This document shows positions 19,021-28,726 of a stretch of DNA of 64,000 nucleotides, one piece after another. Within the stretch, counting starts at the first letter, position 1. Every line of letters begins with the position of its first letter. The notes beneath the pieces are model-generated. The model was given only the letters and a program-made list of their open reading frames with translations. It did no database searches and was not told where the DNA came from. This DNA comes from Candidatus Latescibacterota bacterium (GTDB lineage Bacteria > Latescibacterota > UBA2968). The stretch covers positions 5,056,001 through 5,120,000 of the forward strand of contig OZ242320.1 in the NCBI GenBank assembly GCA_965208125.1, in the 5' to 3' direction. The position numbers and the translations under genes were made by a program.

Positions 19021-20000
19021 GCCGCCACCCCCGCTTTGATCTGTCTCAGCAAATCCATGAGATAATTCGGATCGTCTTCTGTCATCAATGTGCGACGATA
19101 AGGAGTAGCACCGGGCACACCCTTGATATATGCCGCGAGATGCCGGCGCATTTCCAGGACGCCATAGCGCAACCCCTTAAACGCTATAGACGCCTTGAGA
19201 TGGTGAACAGCCATTTCCAGACGATCCCTATCCGTTGGTCCGGGCAATAATTCTCCCGTATTCAGAAAGGCTTCCATGCGCTTAAAAAGCCATGGATTGC
19301 CAATAGCCCATCGCCCCACCATCACCAGATCGCAACCCGTTTTTTGCATCATCTCCTTTGCAGCCTCTGGCCCGCGCACATCGCCATTGCCGATTACGGG
19401 AATCGAAACCGCGTTTTTAACTTCCGCAATAATATCCCAGTCTGCTCTACCCGCAAATTTCGCCTCGCGCGTGCGCCCATGCACGGCAATTGCCGCTGCA
19501 CCAGAATCTTCAGCAATTCGCGCAACTGCAACTGCCTGATTGGCTTGCGCCCATCCACTTCTAATTTTCAGCGTCACGGGAATATCCACAGTACGCACCA
19601 TTGCGGCAATGATCTGTCCCAATTTTTCAGGTGTTTTGAGCAGAGCCGCACCCGCATTTCGCGTCACGATTTTTTTAACCGGACACCCGCAATTGATGTC
19701 GATAATATCCGGATTTCGCTCTGCCACAACCCGGGCACCTTCGGCCATGATCTCGGGTTCTGCACCGAACAACTGCGCGGAAATCGGAAACTCATCGGCT
19801 TCAAAATCGAGATATTGATTCGACCGCTCACTGCCCTCGGCCAATCCTTTGGCACTGACCATCTCCGTGACCGCAAAACTCGCGCCCTGTTGCCTGCACA
19901 ACATGCGGAATGACCGGTCTGTAATACCGGCCAATGGTGCCAGCGCTGTCCGTCCGGGAATATTTACATTGCCGATTTGTACACCCATAGCGTCATTCAT
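19017..20000 (-). CDS. dusB: tRNA-dihydrouridine synthase B
   Basis: [35 protein letters not shown]. Confidence 0.92.
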   Translation of the reverse strand: MNDAMGVQIGNVNIPGRTALAPLAGITDRSFRMLCRQQGASFAVTEMVSAKGLAEGSERSNQYLDFEADEFPISAQLFGAEPEIMAEGARVVAERNPDIIDINCGCPVKKIVTRNAGAALLKTPEKLGQIIAAMVRTVDIPVTLKIRSGWAQANQAVAVARIAEDSGAAAIAVHGRTREAKFAGRADWDIIAEVKNAVSIPVIGNGDVRGPEAAKEMMQKTGCDLVMVGRWAIGNPWLFKRMEAFLNTGELLPGPTDRDRLEMAVHHLKASIAFKGLRYGVLEMRRHLAAYIKGVPGATPYRRTLMTEDDPNYLMDLLRQIKAGVAA

Positions 20001-20845
20001 CCCGATTTTTCTCGCGCTTCTAACAATACTTTTGACAATTGTTCGGCAAATTTCACCTGACTATTGTCCTCGGGTTCATAGCCGATTTTCTTTCGCGCAT
20101 TGGAGATCGTCCAGAAATTGTGCGAATTGCCGCTAATACCGTAAAAAATCTGAAATGGGATACCATATTCATCTTCGATATTTTCAGCCTCAATGCTCTT
20201 CACAATCAACTGCACCTGATCCCGAATGCTCAAATACGCGCCCAAACCCCGATGCATGCTTTTCAAATTCGTGGATTTTGCGCGATCCATATCCGTCTCG
20301 CGCGGCCCACCTATTCGAATCTGCACATTTTCCAACTTCTTGCCGTCATTCATCAATCCCGTTGCAAAGGTAAAGCCCAACAATTCGTATTGCGCCTTTG
20401 CCCAGCCGTAATAATTGTCGGAAAGCGGGTACATCTCTGGCGTCACAAATTCCTGCTTGCCCGCCCAGATCAGATTTTCGTAATAATCTGCCGCGTGATT
20501 TGAACTGATGATCACAGCGCGTCGAACATTTTCCTCCACACACGTCTGATACACATTGTGCGCCATATCGATATTCGTCATCTCTGCCCAGAAGCGATCC
20601 GCATCATCTTTTGTCCGCACGAATCCGCAGTGGATAATCGCATCCTGCCCCCTGAAATATTCCCGATACGTATCCCGGTTCCGATTCGTCAAATCCGCAA
20701 TCGCCACATCGCTTACTTCCTCGCCTTCGCGATTGGTCGTCTTCACGTCTAAAACCGTCAGATCATATCGCTCGCGCAATGCAGGCAACATCCGCCCGGC
20801 CACATAACCCGTACCCCCCGTAATAAGTACCTTTCTCTTCGCCAT
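19997..20845 (-). CDS. NAD-dependent epimerase/dehydratase (uronate dehydrogenase-like SDR)
   Basis: ITGGTGYVA, SSNHA, YGWAK. Confidence 0.82.
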   Translation of the reverse strand: MAKRKVLITGGTGYVAGRMLPALRERYDLTVLDVKTTNREGEEVSDVAIADLTNRNRDTYREYFRGQDAIIHCGFVRTKDDADRFWAEMTNIDMAHNVYQTCVEENVRRAVIISSNHAADYYENLIWAGKQEFVTPEMYPLSDNYYGWAKAQYELLGFTFATGLMNDGKKLENVQIRIGGPRETDMDRAKSTNLKSMHRGLGAYLSIRDQVQLIVKSIEAENIEDEYGIPFQIFYGISGNSHNFWTISNARKKIGYEPEDNSQVKFAEQLSKVLLEAREKSG

Positions 20846-20867
20846 ATCTGCTCCTCAGAATCAATCC

Positions 20868-21626
20868 TCACGACAATGGAAATGGCATCCCGACTTTTGG
20901 AAAATGCCCAAATTGATCTTCACCCCGCAACACAATGGGTTGCCATGATTGCTTGTGTGAATTGAGCGTGGTCTGTTTGACATGTGGGGGAATGAACCGA
21001 ACCGTCAGCCCGCATCGCCGCCGGTTTGATTGATTGGGATTACTCGCGTGAAATAATTGCCCGTCGTGAACCGACATCTGCCCGGCCCTCAACACAATAT
21101 CGACCGCCGCGCTATCATCGACATATTCATCGGGAATCTCCTGGTTAATACTCAGCAAATTGCCTTCCCGCGCGGATTTGTCGTGTACTGCAATTCCATT
21201 TTTGTGCGACCCCGGAATAAAGCGCATACACCCATTCTCCACATCCGCATCATCAATAGCAATCCATGCCGTATGTGCAATGGGTGGTTTAAGCCCCCAG
21301 TACGTAATATCCTGATGCCACGCCACAAATACCTTTGCCTCAGGATCGGGATATTTGCAAAAAAAGTGTGTGGACAACAGCATCACATTGTCGCCCATCA
21401 CGGCCTGCATCACGTCTAAGATCCGCTTATCCGTTGCCAGTTGCCAGATAAACACCTCGTCAAAATGCCGCCCCTGCAAGCCGATCTGGCATTTCTCCTT
21501 GCCTTCGCGCACTTCCAAATCGTCGAATAACGCGCGAAAATGCCCGATCTCGCGTTCTGAAAACACATCGACCTCTGTTAAAAATCCCTGCGTCTCATAA
21601 GTTTCGACCATAGAGTCTAAAGGCAT
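20868..21626 (-). CDS. Phytanoyl-CoA dioxygenase family Fe(II)/2OG dioxygenase
   Basis: WHQD, WIAIDDADVENGC, PGSH, HASNPN...RR. Confidence 0.88.
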   Translation of the reverse strand: MPLDSMVETYETQGFLTEVDVFSEREIGHFRALFDDLEVREGKEKCQIGLQGRHFDEVFIWQLATDKRILDVMQAVMGDNVMLLSTHFFCKYPDPEAKVFVAWHQDITYWGLKPPIAHTAWIAIDDADVENGCMRFIPGSHKNGIAVHDKSAREGNLLSINQEIPDEYVDDSAAVDIVLRAGQMSVHDGQLFHASNPNQSNRRRCGLTVRFIPPHVKQTTLNSHKQSWQPIVLRGEDQFGHFPKVGMPFPLS

Positions 21627-21711
21627 AGTACGTTCCTTTCGTGAGCATTGGTGAACAGTATATAAACTATATCGGCTGTCTTTTTTGCGCAACTCGTTTT
21701 CCAAATTGCTT

Positions 21712-21785
21712 AAAAAAGAACCGGTTCAAAAGCGATACCACGCGGAGCTTACCCCGCGCAGTGTTCGCATATCAAACCGGCTTTT
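21712..21785 (-). terminator. Long interrupted hairpin with U-tract downstream of the dapF-like gene
   Basis: CCGGTT/AACCGG, GCGA/TCGC and CGCGG/CCGCG nested stems; A-run on + strand. Confidence 0.5.
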
Positions 21786-21803
21786 AACTGTTTGTTCACT
21801 TGC

Positions 21804-22676
21804 TCAGACGCCGATCTCGCGCAAAAAAGACGGACTCAGCGTACCGCGTACCACCTCTGCCACAGGTCCCGCCATTGTCAGGTTAAACGCTTCATCCACA
21901 TCGATCATCAACGTGCCTCCAGGCGCTTCTACCGTCACAGGTGATGCGACCAGTCCCAAACGCACCGCAGCACTTGCCGCAGCACAAGACGAAGAACCCG
22001 ACGCCTGCGTTTCACCTGCGCCGCGTTCCCATATCAAAATGAAAATTTTTTGATCCCCCGTGGGCACAACCAACTGCACATTGGTTCGTCTCGGAAAAAT
22101 CTCGTGGTTCTCCAACTCAGGTCCAAGACGCAACAAATCATCTCGCGACCACGCCTCGCCCCTGGGCTTAAACACCACGCAATGGGGATTGCCCACGCTC
22201 ACACCCGTAAATACCATATCCTCGCCAGCAGCAGTAATCGGCTGTTCGATCAGTTCTTCCACCTCGAGAGAACAGGGCAATGCCCCTGGTTCAAACGTCG
22301 CCTCCCCCATCTCTACAGTCGCCGCACTCGCATCACCCCATTTGTCGATATGCAAATCAATATGAACCAGCCCCCCTGGCGTATCGACTGAAAATGACGT
22401 TTTATCTACCTTACCAGTAGCATGCAAATACCTCGCAAAAATCCTCAATCCATTGCCCGATTTCTCTGCCTCACTGCCATCTGGATTCCATATCCGCAAC
22501 CCAAAATCCGCACGGTCAGACGCTTCCAATGTCAAAATGCCATCACTCCCCACTCCCCAATTGCGATCACAAATTTTCTCAATGCGCTCTGGCGTCAATT
22601 CAAATGTCAGTTCTTTTGGATCCATCACCAGATAATCATTGCCCAATCCATGACCCTTAAAAAATCCATTCTCCAT
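21804..22676 (-). CDS. dapF: Diaminopimelate epimerase-like protein with Ser at both catalytic Cys positions
   Basis: KGHGLGNDY, GVGSDG, NPDGSEAEKSGNG, VGNPHCV, NVQ, WERGAGETQASGSS. Confidence 0.75.
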   Translation of the reverse strand: MENGFFKGHGLGNDYLVMDPKELTFELTPERIEKICDRNWGVGSDGILTLEASDRADFGLRIWNPDGSEAEKSGNGLRIFARYLHATGKVDKTSFSVDTPGGLVHIDLHIDKWGDASAATVEMGEATFEPGALPCSLEVEELIEQPITAAGEDMVFTGVSVGNPHCVVFKPRGEAWSRDDLLRLGPELENHEIFPRRTNVQLVVPTGDQKIFILIWERGAGETQASGSSSCAAASAAVRLGLVASPVTVEAPGGTLMIDVDEAFNLTMAGPVAEVVRGTLSPSFLREIGV

Positions 22677-22710
22677 AACTGCTCCTGTTTTTTCGTAGTA
22701 ATCTGAAACC

Positions 22711-24006
22711 CTAACTGACGACCACCGCAATCCGATGCATTGAATTATTGAGATACCCCTTCGGATTCCAGGTAATGGCGTGCGGTTGGCTTATCCCTTG
22801 TGAATCGGTCGCCCTTGCCCAGATCTCGTAATACCCCGCTTTGGGAAATGCAATCTTCGCCCGCCAGTTCTGCCACGCATACGCATTCACTGGCTCGTCG
22901 AGCTTCGCATCAATCCATGTTGCGCCAAAGTCGATTGACAGATGGACAGCATCAACCTTCCGGTCTCCTGCCCAGGCGTGCCCACGCACTTCCAAAGTCC
23001 TCTCGCTCATCTTGTGACCAGTAGCTGGATTGGTAATTAACGACTTAACCTTCATAGCGTGGATAATCTCGAAGTCCTTCTCATCTACTTTTTCCCCAGG
23101 CGCTATCATCCGATTGGGTACCCGATAATCCATTCCCGTCATCTTCGGTCCATCGTGAACCCGATCTCGCAGCCAGATGCGAGTCAACCATTTCTGCGAG
23201 CAGGACCCCGACCAACCGGGAATGACCAGGCGCAACGGCGCACCGTTCATAGGATGGATCGGTTTGCCATTCTGGGCAAAAGCGATAAGGTTATGTTCGT
23301 CCATCGCCTTCTCAATCGGCACCCCGCGCGAAATGGGAAGCCGGCCCTCCTCACCAGAAACATGGGTATCAGCACCTACATGCGCGGTATAAACTACATT
23401 GTCTTTTACCTCAGCAGCCTTGAGAACATCGGCCAAGCGAACACCGGTCCACTCCGAGCAGGCCACAGCGCCATAGGTCCATTGACTACCGTCCGCAGAA
23501 GGCTCAAAAAAGGCGCGTCCATTGCCCCCGCACTCCAGTGTCAGTGCCCTATTAACGACTTCAAAGCGCTGCTTGAGGTCTTCGATGCTGAGTGTCATGG
23601 GATTATCCACCAGACCATCAATCGTCAGTTTCCAACCCACTGCATCCGTATTCTCCGGCGGAATGCCATTGTTGCGGATAAAATGCCTCTCAGTCGGGGT
23701 AATAGCATCATCGAGCAAGTGCGGTGGCGTTTCGGCATTCAATGGCCGGTCGTTGAGCACCGTCAAGCCATCCTTGCCCTGAATCATATCCTCCGCAGCG
23801 AGCGCGACAGGAATAAAATGAGCCGGAATATTCCGATGAAACGGGATCGCTGCCCCGACCATTGCCCCCATCACCGCCAACCCGGCCTTCTTCAAAAATC
23901 CCCGCCTATCGGGATACGTCTCGCGGCCAAACAATAAGTAATCAGCCTCATCGGGATCGCTCTGATAGAGTTCAAATAATCCCCGTACTGTATTTTTCTT
24001 GTGCAT
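22711..24006 (-). CDS. Sulfite oxidase-family molybdoenzyme (SorA/SoxC-like), Tat-exported
   Basis: RRGFLK; LNAETP; FIRNNG; Mo-ligand LECGGNGR; NGAPLRLVIPG; KWL; WNPKGYLNN. Confidence 0.9.
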   Translation of the reverse strand: MHKKNTVRGLFELYQSDPDEADYLLFGRETYPDRRGFLKKAGLAVMGAMVGAAIPFHRNIPAHFIPVALAAEDMIQGKDGLTVLNDRPLNAETPPHLLDDAITPTERHFIRNNGIPPENTDAVGWKLTIDGLVDNPMTLSIEDLKQRFEVVNRALTLECGGNGRAFFEPSADGSQWTYGAVACSEWTGVRLADVLKAAEVKDNVVYTAHVGADTHVSGEEGRLPISRGVPIEKAMDEHNLIAFAQNGKPIHPMNGAPLRLVIPGWSGSCSQKWLTRIWLRDRVHDGPKMTGMDYRVPNRMIAPGEKVDEKDFEIIHAMKVKSLITNPATGHKMSERTLEVRGHAWAGDRKVDAVHLSIDFGATWIDAKLDEPVNAYAWQNWRAKIAFPKAGYYEIWARATDSQGISQPHAITWNPKGYLNNSMHRIAVVVS

Positions 24007-24011
24007 TGTTA

Positions 24012-24239
24012 CTACCTCTTTTCCGCTGCCAGCATCAACCGCTCGCCTTTGGGTTCCGGTATTGGATCACCAAACTCTTTTGCGGTACCAATCTAGAGAG
24101 CTATCGCTTGATTGACGTTCTTGAGAGTGGCTTCTTGCGTGTCACCATGAGCCATGCATCCGGGAAGTTCGGGCACTTCAGCCACAAAAGCATCATCCTC
24201 GTTGCTCCAATAGAGAATGATCGCGTACTTGTACATCAT
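24012..24239 (-). pseudogene. hicB: HicB-family antitoxin with a premature TAG at a conserved Trp position
   Basis: MMYKYAIILYWSNEDDAFVAEVPELPGCMAHGDTQEATLKNVNQAIAL*IGTAKEFGDPIPEPKGERLMLAAEKR; TAG at 24095-24093. Confidence 0.85.
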
Positions 24240-24268
24240 TCATACTTCTCCACATTCACCGCAGCGGT

Positions 24269-24889
24269 TCAATCTGTATTCCCCAACGACTCCAAGTGCG
24301 TCACCCATTTGTCAAACCGAGGGCATTCAGCGCAAATCGTATCCAAACCTATCTCCATCGCTATCAGAGAACCATAAAGGACCTTTTCGTACTGAGGTAT
24401 AACCTTCACGATCCGTTTGCTCGGAGCCGTTTCACTATTGTCATTAATATCCTCAGGCGTTGGAAACTTTTCTCGGATACTCCGCAATTCCTCAATAGAC
24501 TCTTCCGACGCATCAATCGCATTAGCAAAGGCATCCACATTTGAGAATAACAACCCCTCGAACTCATATTGTTGGACATAGGGAATAACACGCGATTGAT
24601 CCCAAGAATGATTTATCTTGCTGTCAACCTTTTCGAATATGCGCAGTTCTAACTGTTGAGTAGTTGCAGTATTTTTGTCACGAAACCCGTAAAAATCGAC
24701 CAACGAAGTCACACGGTTAAAACTCCTAATCAGCCTTACTATATCCGAGGCTAACCGCTCTATCGTTACGTCACCATTGAGTAAGATGGGATATGGTTCG
24801 ACGCCCTTGGCCCGCAGATGGTCTGCAAGCACATTTTTTACGAATTCCTCTTCGGTTAGCCCCTCCACTGATATGGCGAGTCGTATCAC
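24269..24889 (-). CDS. DUF4276-family (RloB/TOPRIM-like) protein
   Basis: VEGLTEEEFV, TSLVDFYG, YEFEGLLFS, PEDIND, APSKRI, CPRFDKW; GTGA overlap with the ATPase. Confidence 0.82.
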   Translation of the reverse strand: MIRLAISVEGLTEEEFVKNVLADHLRAKGVEPYPILLNGDVTIERLASDIVRLIRSFNRVTSLVDFYGFRDKNTATTQQLELRIFEKVDSKINHSWDQSRVIPYVQQYEFEGLLFSNVDAFANAIDASEESIEELRSIREKFPTPEDINDNSETAPSKRIVKVIPQYEKVLYGSLIAMEIGLDTICAECPRFDKWVTHLESLGNTD

Positions 24890-26034
24890 GGGCGTCCCCC
24901 GAGCAGATTCTTCTGCCAAAGTTCACCTGAGGTGAAGCTTTCGTCGAGCCATACGCGATAGTCATTCGGTGCCAATTTGCGAAACTCAGTGCGTCCATTC
25001 TCTATATCCGACACAAATATTTCGTCGAGATCGAACGCATCAACAAGTAAAGGCGATTGCGTTGCTACAATGACCTGTCTTTCCCTGGAAAGGGCCTTTA
25101 TCATACCTCCAATCAAGGCGATTGCTGCCGGATGCAAACCCAGTTCTGGCTCATCTAAAAGAAGGACATCGGGTAACATCTCCGGAGGAAGATTGAGTAG
25201 TGTCACCAGGGCGAAGAACCGCAGTGAGCCATCAGATGTGAGATGTGCGCCAAAGGTTTTGTCCATTCCTCTGGCCTTCCAGCGCAACAACACTTTTCCA
25301 TAGCTCTCCTCAATCACAAAACGATCAAAGCCAGGCAGGATCCGACCAATGTGCTTACAGATCAGCTCAAAGCGCTTGATGTCTTCCCGCTCTAACCGGT
25401 GCAACACGGCCGCCAGGTTGCCCCCGTGGCTGAGGAGCTGATTGTTGTCCTCCATATCCCAGCTCGTTTTGAATTTCGAGCCATCGGAAGTGTCGTGAAA
25501 CTGATATACCGAACACCTCCGCAGCAGGTTGACGATGTACTGAGTGGTCAAGTGATAATTCGCCAACGGCGTATAGGGTGGTATCTCCTCAACTATCTTT
25601 GCTTCTGTGTGACCACTTCCGAGATATTGCCAGTTTACCTCAGCGTGGCGGCGAAATGCCTCTTTCGTGAATATAAGACGGTCAGGCTGAGCATGAGCGA
25701 GTGAGATATGATAATCATACTGGGTTTCAGTGGGTTGCATGGTTACCATATCAATAGCTGTGGTTCGCATAGTTACCGTGGCACTCATTTCCGGACTACG
25801 CCTTCTGCCGCCAAATAATTGATCATCGGCCCCTCCTTGCATCGCGACGAATTCACCGAGTCTGCGAGGCCCAAGCATCCAACTCAGCATTTCAAAAAAA
25901 CGAATAAAATTGGACTTGCCCGAGCCATTAGCACCAATTAAGACCGCCGCTTTGGGAATACTCAAAAGCTCGACATCTGCTAATGATCGGAATCCCTGAA
26001 TACGGACCTGATCTATGAAGGTTGTTTTATTCAT
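24886..26034 (-). CDS. ABC-type ATPase (AAA_21/AbiEii-like)
   Basis: QGFRS, Walker A GANGSGKSN, SDGSLR signature, Walker B LLLDEPELGLHP, ATQSP. Confidence 0.9.
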   Translation of the reverse strand: MNKTTFIDQVRIQGFRSLADVELLSIPKAAVLIGANGSGKSNFIRFFEMLSWMLGPRRLGEFVAMQGGADDQLFGGRRRSPEMSATVTMRTTAIDMVTMQPTETQYDYHISLAHAQPDRLIFTKEAFRRHAEVNWQYLGSGHTEAKIVEEIPPYTPLANYHLTTQYIVNLLRRCSVYQFHDTSDGSKFKTSWDMEDNNQLLSHGGNLAAVLHRLEREDIKRFELICKHIGRILPGFDRFVIEESYGKVLLRWKARGMDKTFGAHLTSDGSLRFFALVTLLNLPPEMLPDVLLLDEPELGLHPAAIALIGGMIKALSRERQVIVATQSPLLVDAFDLDEIFVSDIENGRTEFRKLAPNDYRVWLDESFTSGELWQKNLLGGRP

Positions 26035-26106
26035 CGCATATTCTCCATACCCGGAAGCCTCCAGCAGCACATCGGTCAATGAAAAATCTCATTGCTCATC
26101 ACTCCA

Positions 26107-26403
26107 TCAAACCGTTGGCTGTGGTTCATAGCGATTAACCCGGATCTGATCTTCTCTCTTGCGTGCTTGCACCAGATTATAGGCACTCTGACGACGCAGC
26201 CAGAACTCGGCGTTAGACCATCCGGCCTTCTCCAACCGAATAGCCATCTCCGGAGAAATAGCCGCGTGACCATTTAGTACGCGTGAAAGCGTGTGACGGG
26301 CTACGCCCAATACCTTCGCTGCTTCGGTAATATTCAGACCAAGGGGTTCCAGACAGTTCTTTTTGATACTGAGACCCGGATGAGGTGGTTTCTTCATAGC
26401 CAT
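26107..26403 (-). CDS. higA: HigA-family antitoxin (HTH XRE)
   Basis: [34 protein letters not shown]. Confidence 0.88.
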   Translation of the reverse strand: MAMKKPPHPGLSIKKNCLEPLGLNITEAAKVLGVARHTLSRVLNGHAAISPEMAIRLEKAGWSNAEFWLRRQSAYNLVQARKREDQIRVNRYEPQPTV

Positions 26404-26436
26404 CGATATCTCTGATCGCCCTTCAATGGATATTTA

Positions 26437-26757
26437 CTATTGGTTCAAGCTTTTCTGGATGGTTCCCAGGTCTCGATTGAGATCTTCGAGATCGTATTGG
26501 GCTGGTACTTTTCTGGCACGCGCATAGTCCATCATCTCCCACAAGGAAACACCAGCATCGCGAGCCGCGCGTGCGAGTGTAAGCTTTCCATCCCCGTATA
26601 GACGGGCGTAGTGCTCCAACTTCCATTGCTGGATTGCTTTTGACAGCAGGCGCCTCACAGTAGTCGAGCGGTCAGACTGCTCGACATCCTCAATGAGTTC
26701 CAATTCGCGCACTAAATCCAGGGGGAGCCTGGTGCTTATCATACGTTCCTTCTTCAT
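26437..26757 (-). CDS. UPF0175-family antitoxin-like protein with N-terminal RHH
   Basis: ISTRLP...DRSTTVRRLL; LYGDGKLTLARAARDAGVSLWEM; YDLEDL. Confidence 0.75.
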   Translation of the reverse strand: MKKERMISTRLPLDLVRELELIEDVEQSDRSTTVRRLLSKAIQQWKLEHYARLYGDGKLTLARAARDAGVSLWEMMDYARARKVPAQYDLEDLNRDLGTIQKSLNQ

Positions 26758-26813
26758 TACTTCGCCTCCCATGCTCCTACCTGATTGCTCTGACTATAGC
26801 CTGCTCAGATCCT

Positions 26814-27716
26814 TCACTTCATCACTCCGAACAGCGCGAAGGAGAAATTTGGTGCGGGATCAACCAGATCGCTTCTGTCCTTTAGATAACGGCATTTTTG
26901 CTCCTCGGGCGGAATAGTCTCTATCTCCACAAAGCCAATTTGCGACATCTCCACATTCAATTCCTCGGGCGTAAATACGGACAACATCGGCTCCCCGCGG
27001 CGGGCTACGAATCGGTCCAACCTGTCGGCAAAAGGCAAGCTCTCCTCGGGGATAAGATGCCTGGCGAGCTTATAATCGAAAACAATGCGACTACCCGGCC
27101 CGGCAACATCTGCAACACGCCCCATTGTCTCCCGTATCGCATCCTTCGTGAGATAATAAGTCGTTCCCAACCAGGAAAAAAAGGCCGGCTTCTCTGGATC
27201 GAATCCCGCCCGGATAAGTGCCTCATTTAGCAGGTCGGTCTCAAAATCAATGGGAACAAAGACCAGATTGGACGGAACATCGCCGTTGACCGCGCGCACC
27301 TGTTTCTCTTTTGTCGCCTGAGTCGCGGGATGATCCAGCTCGAATATCCGCACGCTATCTACGAGTTCCTTGTGGCGCATGGAAAACGTATCGAGACCAG
27401 CACCGAGGATCACATACTGTCCGACACCCTCCGAAATCGCCTCCATGAGACGGTCTTCGGCATATCTCGCCCGCAGGATAACCTCGGTATGTACGGGACG
27501 GAACGATTGGAACACTGTGTGAACAACGAATCGGCCAAGCATTCTGTTCTTAGCGATCACGCGCCAGATAAACGGCACCATGTCAACCGCATAATCATCG
27601 GCAAAAACCGGAGATTTACTCTGCTGAAAATGATACGCACGTACACTTGCTGCGAGTGCCGCTGTCTTGCTCGTCCTGTGCTTGTGTGCAGATATTCCAG
27701 ATTGAGGTGAAGACAT
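26814..27716 (-). CDS. SAM-dependent methyltransferase (LCM/TIGR00027-like)
   Basis: TAALAASVRA, QYVILGAGLDT, FELDHP, WLGTTYYL. Confidence 0.88.
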   Translation of the reverse strand: MSSPQSGISAHKHRTSKTAALAASVRAYHFQQSKSPVFADDYAVDMVPFIWRVIAKNRMLGRFVVHTVFQSFRPVHTEVILRARYAEDRLMEAISEGVGQYVILGAGLDTFSMRHKELVDSVRIFELDHPATQATKEKQVRAVNGDVPSNLVFVPIDFETDLLNEALIRAGFDPEKPAFFSWLGTTYYLTKDAIRETMGRVADVAGPGSRIVFDYKLARHLIPEESLPFADRLDRFVARRGEPMLSVFTPEELNVEMSQIGFVEIETIPPEEQKCRYLKDRSDLVDPAPNFSFALFGVMK

Positions 27717-27717
27717 A

Positions 27718-28689
27718 CTAATCCTTCCAAACCATCACCACGGCCATTGCTTCATCAAGACGCGTGTACAACAAATCAAATGCTTCTGCAGCGTCCTCAT
27801 AATTAAAACGATGGGTCACCATTGTATGAGTCTGGATTTTATCTTCCATCAACAACTGGATCGCCGTATCCGACCCCTGTGGCCGGTACGCGCTATTCAG
27901 ATATCCTCCAATCAGGCGTTTGCCCTGAATTTTTGACGAATCCAGAGGCAGTGGTTCGCCTTCATACAATCCCACAACCTGCAATAATCCACCTCGCCGC
28001 ACCATATCTTGCGCCTGTGCAAATGCTTGCGCACCCGCACGTCCTCCTACCGCTTCAACCACAACATCTGCGCCCTGGCCATCGGTAAGCTCTTTCACCG
28101 CTGCAATCGGATCGGTCTCAGCCGCATTCACCACAGCACTCGCACCCAACTGTTCCGCCAAATCACAACGCAGGGACAAGGCATCGACCGCGATCACACG
28201 GCAATCGTGCAAATGCCGCGCAACCTGCATACAGCAACTCCCCACCAGACCCTGTCCCAAAATCACCATGGTATCGTCTGGACCAGCCCCAGTGTCCCGC
28301 ATCCACAGCACCGAACTCGTAGTCAGGGGCCAAAAAGTTGCCGCCTCGGATGTAACCCCATCGGGTAGCGAAACCACTGCTGGTTTATGGCGCGAATTGA
28401 CAACCTCAACAGCCACATACTCGGCATGCGGTGCCAGAGCCGCTACCCTTTCTCCCATCGAAAAATCATCGACCTGCGCGCCCACCTGCACAATCGTTCC
28501 AGCGAGCGAATATCCCATCATCTGGTGATCAATCGCTTCTTCTCGCACATACCGCCGCCAGATCTCAGACCCTCTGCTAATCAGCGTGCGTTCCGTTCTG
28601 ATGAGCACCTCTGTCTGTCGAATCTCTGGCAAAGGCACATCTTCAATCTCGACATGGTACGCGCCTTCGGGTTTAATCACGCGCTTCAT
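27718..28689 (-). CDS. MDR-family (zinc-binding type) dehydrogenase
   Basis: LISRGSE, GYSLAG, GQGLVG, GADVVVEAVG. Confidence 0.85.
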   Translation of the reverse strand: MKRVIKPEGAYHVEIEDVPLPEIRQTEVLIRTERTLISRGSEIWRRYVREEAIDHQMMGYSLAGTIVQVGAQVDDFSMGERVAALAPHAEYVAVEVVNSRHKPAVVSLPDGVTSEAATFWPLTTSSVLWMRDTGAGPDDTMVILGQGLVGSCCMQVARHLHDCRVIAVDALSLRCDLAEQLGASAVVNAAETDPIAAVKELTDGQGADVVVEAVGGRAGAQAFAQAQDMVRRGGLLQVVGLYEGEPLPLDSSKIQGKRLIGGYLNSAYRPQGSDTAIQLLMEDKIQTHTMVTHRFNYEDAAEAFDLLYTRLDEAMAVVMVWKD

Positions 28690-28726
28690 GGAACACCTCC
28701 CGATGGTAGTGGTTTGTAGCAATCCC

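Noticed and set aside
23059-23937. 292-aa plus-strand ORF and similar long antisense ORFs (24..521, 12478..13113, 56216..56932)
   Set aside because: Antisense shadows of well-supported genes, with no recognisable motifs
24093-24095. Pyrrolysine or other recoding of the TAG in hicB
   Set aside because: A single TGG-to-TAG change at a Trp position explains it; no pyl context
26423-26445. Remnant of a higB toxin 3' end (IVNIH*) before higA
   Set aside because: Too short and too divergent from the DYH* consensus to support
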